A stretch of 64,000 nt of DNA from Anthoceros angustus (lineage: Eukaryota; Plantae; Anthocerotophyta). The translations under genes and the position numbers were made by a program. Position 1 is the stretch's first letter. Each line of letters starts with the position of its first letter. The stretch lies in assembly GCA_010909165.1 (NCBI GenBank), contig VJWM01000302.1:1-64000 (forward strand), written 5' to 3'. The notes beneath the pieces are model-generated. The model was not told where the DNA came from. It saw only the letters and a list, made by a program, of their open reading frames with translations, and did not search any database. This document shows positions 59,571 to 64,000 of the stretch, piece after piece.

Positions 59571-62500
59571 GGTGAGGGTAGATTTCTAGAAAGAAAATTG
59601 ACCCACCATTTGGTCATTTTAACTCAATATAGTAAAATCTATTACAATAGAGTAGAAAACATGGCATGTCGGGTGAAATGCATCCACCATAAATGTTGAA
59701 AACCAAAAGTGAGGGTAGAAAAAATTGACTCCAAGTGAATACCAGGTACATCTAGATGAAAGCTCATTCTAGAAATCCCACCAAACCTTCATCTGGCATA
59801 AAAGAACATATTCAAGTAAATACCATACCATTCGAGAGTGAACACCCAGAGAAAACAAAAGGTCAATAATGTCAACAACACATTAAGGTAACAAAATAGC
59901 GGTAATGTGACACAATGAGAGAACGTGAAGAGCATGCAACACTTGACACAAAGATGAAAACATACCACTATTGCCTGCGAGAATTTTCGTGTTTCTCGTG
60001 ATCTTGTTCAAGCCCCCACACTCTCCGCCGCCAAGACATAGTAAGCAAGCGAAAAGCACCAAACAAAGCTAACAGCAAACTGAAAACTCCACAAACAAAA
60101 CAATGAAACTATAGTCCTGAAATGACACACAGTCAAACAAACAGTTGGACACAAAGAATGCAATCGCACCCAAATTACTTCCTGCAGTATTATCCAGTTA
60201 TGGCCGGATATCCTTCAAGCCACCCAAACTCTTCTGCATGACAAAACATACTGGAAATAATTAACTGAAAGGAAGCTACAAAGTTGACAAAACTTTATTG
60301 CTAGTCTATAAGACAATGAATGACAGAGATAAGCAAACTTATGAGCTGAGGAGAAAACAAAACCAACACAAAGGTAAGACCACAACGCAAAAGAAAGCTA
60401 TACAATGGATGACAACACGGAAATCAATGGTGAGGCTTGAAAACCCTAAACTAAGACGCAACCAAACAAAACAACGATCGCATCGCTTATTACTTTCCAG
60501 TATACATTCAGTTAAGTCCGGATCTTTTCAAGCTTCCGCAAACCCTCAGATCGAAACATACGAGGTGAGAAACGAAAGAAAGATCGAAACTCACAGGAAG
60601 ATGCATAACATCGAGGACAATCAAGCCAAATGTTAAACGAAACAAATAACTGAAACCTTCACAAACTAGACAAAGAACATACATAAAACTCTATGTTCTA
60701 CGATGGACGAACACAAGGTGACAACTGAAACAAAAATAGGAGATAAAGATGGAAACTTCTTTGTGTATCCAGAAACGCGGTAGCAACAAAATAAGAAGAC
60801 TTACGGTGAATAAAGAGGAACATCGTGAACACGCAAACTCCAACAAAAGATAAAAGACCAATTTTCCATCTAAACAACCGAAAGCCGCAGACGTGAGCGT
60901 AAATGGAACACAAAAGCGCTCATACTTCAATGTCCAACCACAGGCCTTACAGTGCCTTTAAATTGATTTCAAGGGAAGTAAAAAGAAAGACAAAGACACA
61001 GCATGCAGAACAAAAAAAGACACAGAAAACGCATAGGAAACGACTTCACACACAGAAGAGCTTAACGCACCTTATTGGCGCAATAGACTGAACACACATA
61101 AACAACTGTGATTCAAGTAAGGTCATCAACGGCCCGGGAGAGGAAAAAGAGGCATGCACAAAACAAACTCGAACACCAACTCAACAACCGCCATGAAACG
61201 CAACAATGTAACAAACTACAGACACAAACTAAGAGAAGAGCGACATACAAGAGTAGCTAAAAAGAGCGGAGAAAAGCCGCACAAAAGACCAAGACACTCG
61301 AAACAAATGACATCGGCCTTTAAGTCGAAACCTTGGCCTTGAGGCAAACAACTTTGGCTTTTGAAGTAACAACTTCACACAACAAAAAGCAATTGCTCAA
61401 ACTACTCAAATCGATAAAGACCACGGACTTGGACATGCGGAAACCTTGGGACTACAAAACAAAATACCTGGCCTTGAGCTACCCTAGGAAAAGACAATAC
61501 CATCCAAAGAAAGAGTTTATATAGCATACAAAACCCTAACTCCTCTCCCTCCATCGGCGCCGCCATTCTCTCTCTACCAGACCTTGTTTGAATTTACCGA
61601 ACCTAGAATTCCAAACCAAATTCCAAACCTACCTAAATCTATGATTGGTTCACCGCCGCCGCCCTAGCTGCCAAACCTAAATTACACTTACCAAACCTAG
61701 CTTGACCACACCAAACCTAACCCCGAACCTCGAACGAGTAAACGCTGCCGACCAATCAAACAACACGAGGTCATCCGCAAGAAACTTCAGAACCCTAACC
61801 CGCTATGCTGTCTCGCATCGCAGTCCCCGGGTCCTCGATCCTTGCCGATTGCGATGGGCAATCGGTGATGGGCGATTGGATCGGAAAGGAATACCGCCTC
61901 ATTGCGACTCATCGGCCCCCGCCTCAACTGCCGCCCAGCCTGCTCCCACTGCCGCCTGCCTCACCGGCGGTCGTGAGAACCGCCATGCTTGAGCAAGAAC
62001 TCTTGGGAGGCAAGCTAGGGTCATGGGATCGATCCAATAGTGGCCTTGATGTCTTCACCAATCTTCGGCTCGCACCTCATGGCGGTGGGTCTCTTGATCT
62101 TGATGTGCGCACCACCTCGTGTAGGCACCCGATCTCTCCCCAAAGGGCGCCGAGGAAGTTTATGTCCACATTGGTGCCACTGCAGGTCACCAAGCTCTCC
62201 GCCGCCTCCTTGAGCTTGAGCCGGAGTCCCGGGGTCAGCTATGGTGTGCACCACGATGTCGCCCTTGTGGCGGAGTGGTCCATTCCTGCTGCGAATGGAG
62301 GGTGAATGGCTTCTCAAAGCCCGAGGGTGCTGATGGGACGTGAGCTGTTCTTATCTTGAGAGGGCTTGCGCGGTGCTGGAGTCACATGCGGGCTCGCCTA
62401 ATGGGTGTGATGGGACGAGCCTGATGGGGTGATGAAATGCCCCCGCCATTGAGCAACGTGATGCCATGGCCCGCTGAGTGTTGGATATTTATGTGGAGCG

Positions 62501-64000
62501 ATGGTGGCGTGTGGGGTTTGAGGATGTCGCGACAACGGTGGCCCTGGGCGAGGTGCACCGCTCGCCACTGTCTGGGAACTGCCGGGTCACTGCGTTTGAT
62601 GAGGTGGATTCAGACATATTGCCACCGCAGATTCATGTCGACGAAGATGGCTTTCGGTAGATTCTCGGGAACTTGCCGATCGGATTCGAGCGGTGGTCAC
62701 TGATTCTGACCACCGCGATCACCGATGGTGCGAGGTTGTAAGCACTCGAGGAAGCCGATGCTTCATGAATGTCAGGAACAACGCTTCGTGTGATGAGTTG
62801 CATAAGTCATGACACGCTTGTCGGCATGGCTCATTTTGACAAAATGTGCTTTTGTGGGTGCTCCATGGTCGATGACAGGCTCATCTTGTTTGTTGGCTCC
62901 GAATCTTGTCATTCGGGCGATTGGTCTGTGCTTCCACGCGGTTGCCTGCGTCAGGTGTGCGGCCTTGGGACGACGATCTGCCGCGGCATGGCGGCCTACC
63001 ACGACTGGGTACCCAAGGGGCTTGAGCTGTAAGAGCCTCGAACACGGCCAAGCTCGCAACTTCCTTGATGTGTGACCGCCCCACAAGATCAACAAGATGT
63101 CGATGCGTCGCATGTCTAGATTTGTTGATGCAAGAACTTTAGCTACGAGGAGTCATTGGAATTGTGCATTGAGATTGCAATGTTTTTCAAATTGTTCACG
63201 AAATGGCGATACATGTGAGTATTATGGTGGCTACTGTGGTTTTGGCGTTAGTAATGGGGTCAACCCATGTGTTCGTCTGCTGAAATGTTTTTGCCTTGTG
63301 GACTTAAAGGTTGCGTTGGCGGTTACACATGAGTTTTGCAGACGGATCCACTAAGGATGTTGCTCCAATGGCATACATTGAGTATTTTTCTTGCCCCGTA
63401 TTCATATTCCTACCATTGATGTCCATGATCCAAGGCTCTCGTGCGAGAGAATCTGGTAAAAATGCTTCTTCATGTGTGTGGAGAGAAGTCGAGGTGAACT
63501 ACCAGTTTGAGCTTGTGGGATAGTGCCCGGATGCCCCCTTGCAATCAATTTCTGCGTATCGTGAGATTAGCCTCGCTAGGATGTAAAGCATGTCGTCATG
63601 CTCTAATGCTATTGTCTTCTGCAGATTGTGGACCGCCTAATTAATCGAGGGAAGCCAAACCACCAGAAAGCCAACTCCTCCTCAAAATCCGTTGCCACCA
63701 TGGCTCAAATCGAGGCATGTGCAATGTCGGGCTCCTTAAGTTGCTACGATGACCAAATTGTTAGTGTGTATCTTCATCGTCATGGACTTGTTTAACTTGT
63801 AAGCTTCTCTTGATCATTCCCAAGTTTGAGATAGCAACCCGACGCAAAACTGACTTGCAAGTGCACGTGGATGTTTTTGTTTGCAATTTCGAACGCATAG
63901 GGGCTAGGGATGGGCCATCGATGAGTGAAGTTGAGCACAACACTATGTGATCTTGTGACCTCCTGTCGACAAGGGTGTTAAGGAAATGATGAGTCTTTAT
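59570..64000. other. Unidentified inserted segment, possibly a DNA transposon end with a degenerate spliced gene
   Basis: Abrupt junction in B2 gag; repeated GTGAGGGTAG..AAAATTGAC at ~59573 and ~59709; A/C-skewed 59760-61510; TATA/telo-box region ~61515-61800; GC-rich exon-like blocks with GTGAGT...TTTTGCAG intron-like signals. No protein family recognised. Confidence 0.3.

Overview
The window is a gene-free, deeply nested retrotransposon island from a eukaryote. A non-seed plant or streptophyte alga is inferred from the iMet-PBS Copia elements, the Athila-like Gypsy elements and a self-priming PHD-bearing Gypsy. No host gene can be supported. Nesting reconstructed from termini, PBS/PPT and collinear flanks: a CACTA-like end truncates Copia-1 (2850-~6900). 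An Athila-like Gypsy, B1 (+, ~6900-26589), has a 5' LTR split by full-length Copia-2 (8023-14897) and by a 9.3-kb Gypsy (15411-24680). A related family-A element (-) sits in B1 gag, and a second B copy, B2 (-, 34810-~59570), sits in the A integrase. B2 in turn carries a 5-kb family-A solo LTR, Copia-3 (TA..TA ends) and Copia-4 (perfect CGGGA TSD). Three things stand out. (1) The 15411-24680 Gypsy encodes a complete C5 DNA cytosine methyltransferase between protease and RT, a PHD finger fused to integrase and an extra unknown ORF; it also has a self-priming PBS and a circularly permuted 'split direct repeat' terminal structure. (2) The A and B families (probably C as well) have 4.3-5.5 kb LTRs that themselves contain a long conserved protein-coding ORF with a candidate TATA box. 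(3) Many frameshifts look like sequencing indels rather than decay, so these ORFs may be intact in vivo. The last 4.4 kb is unidentified.
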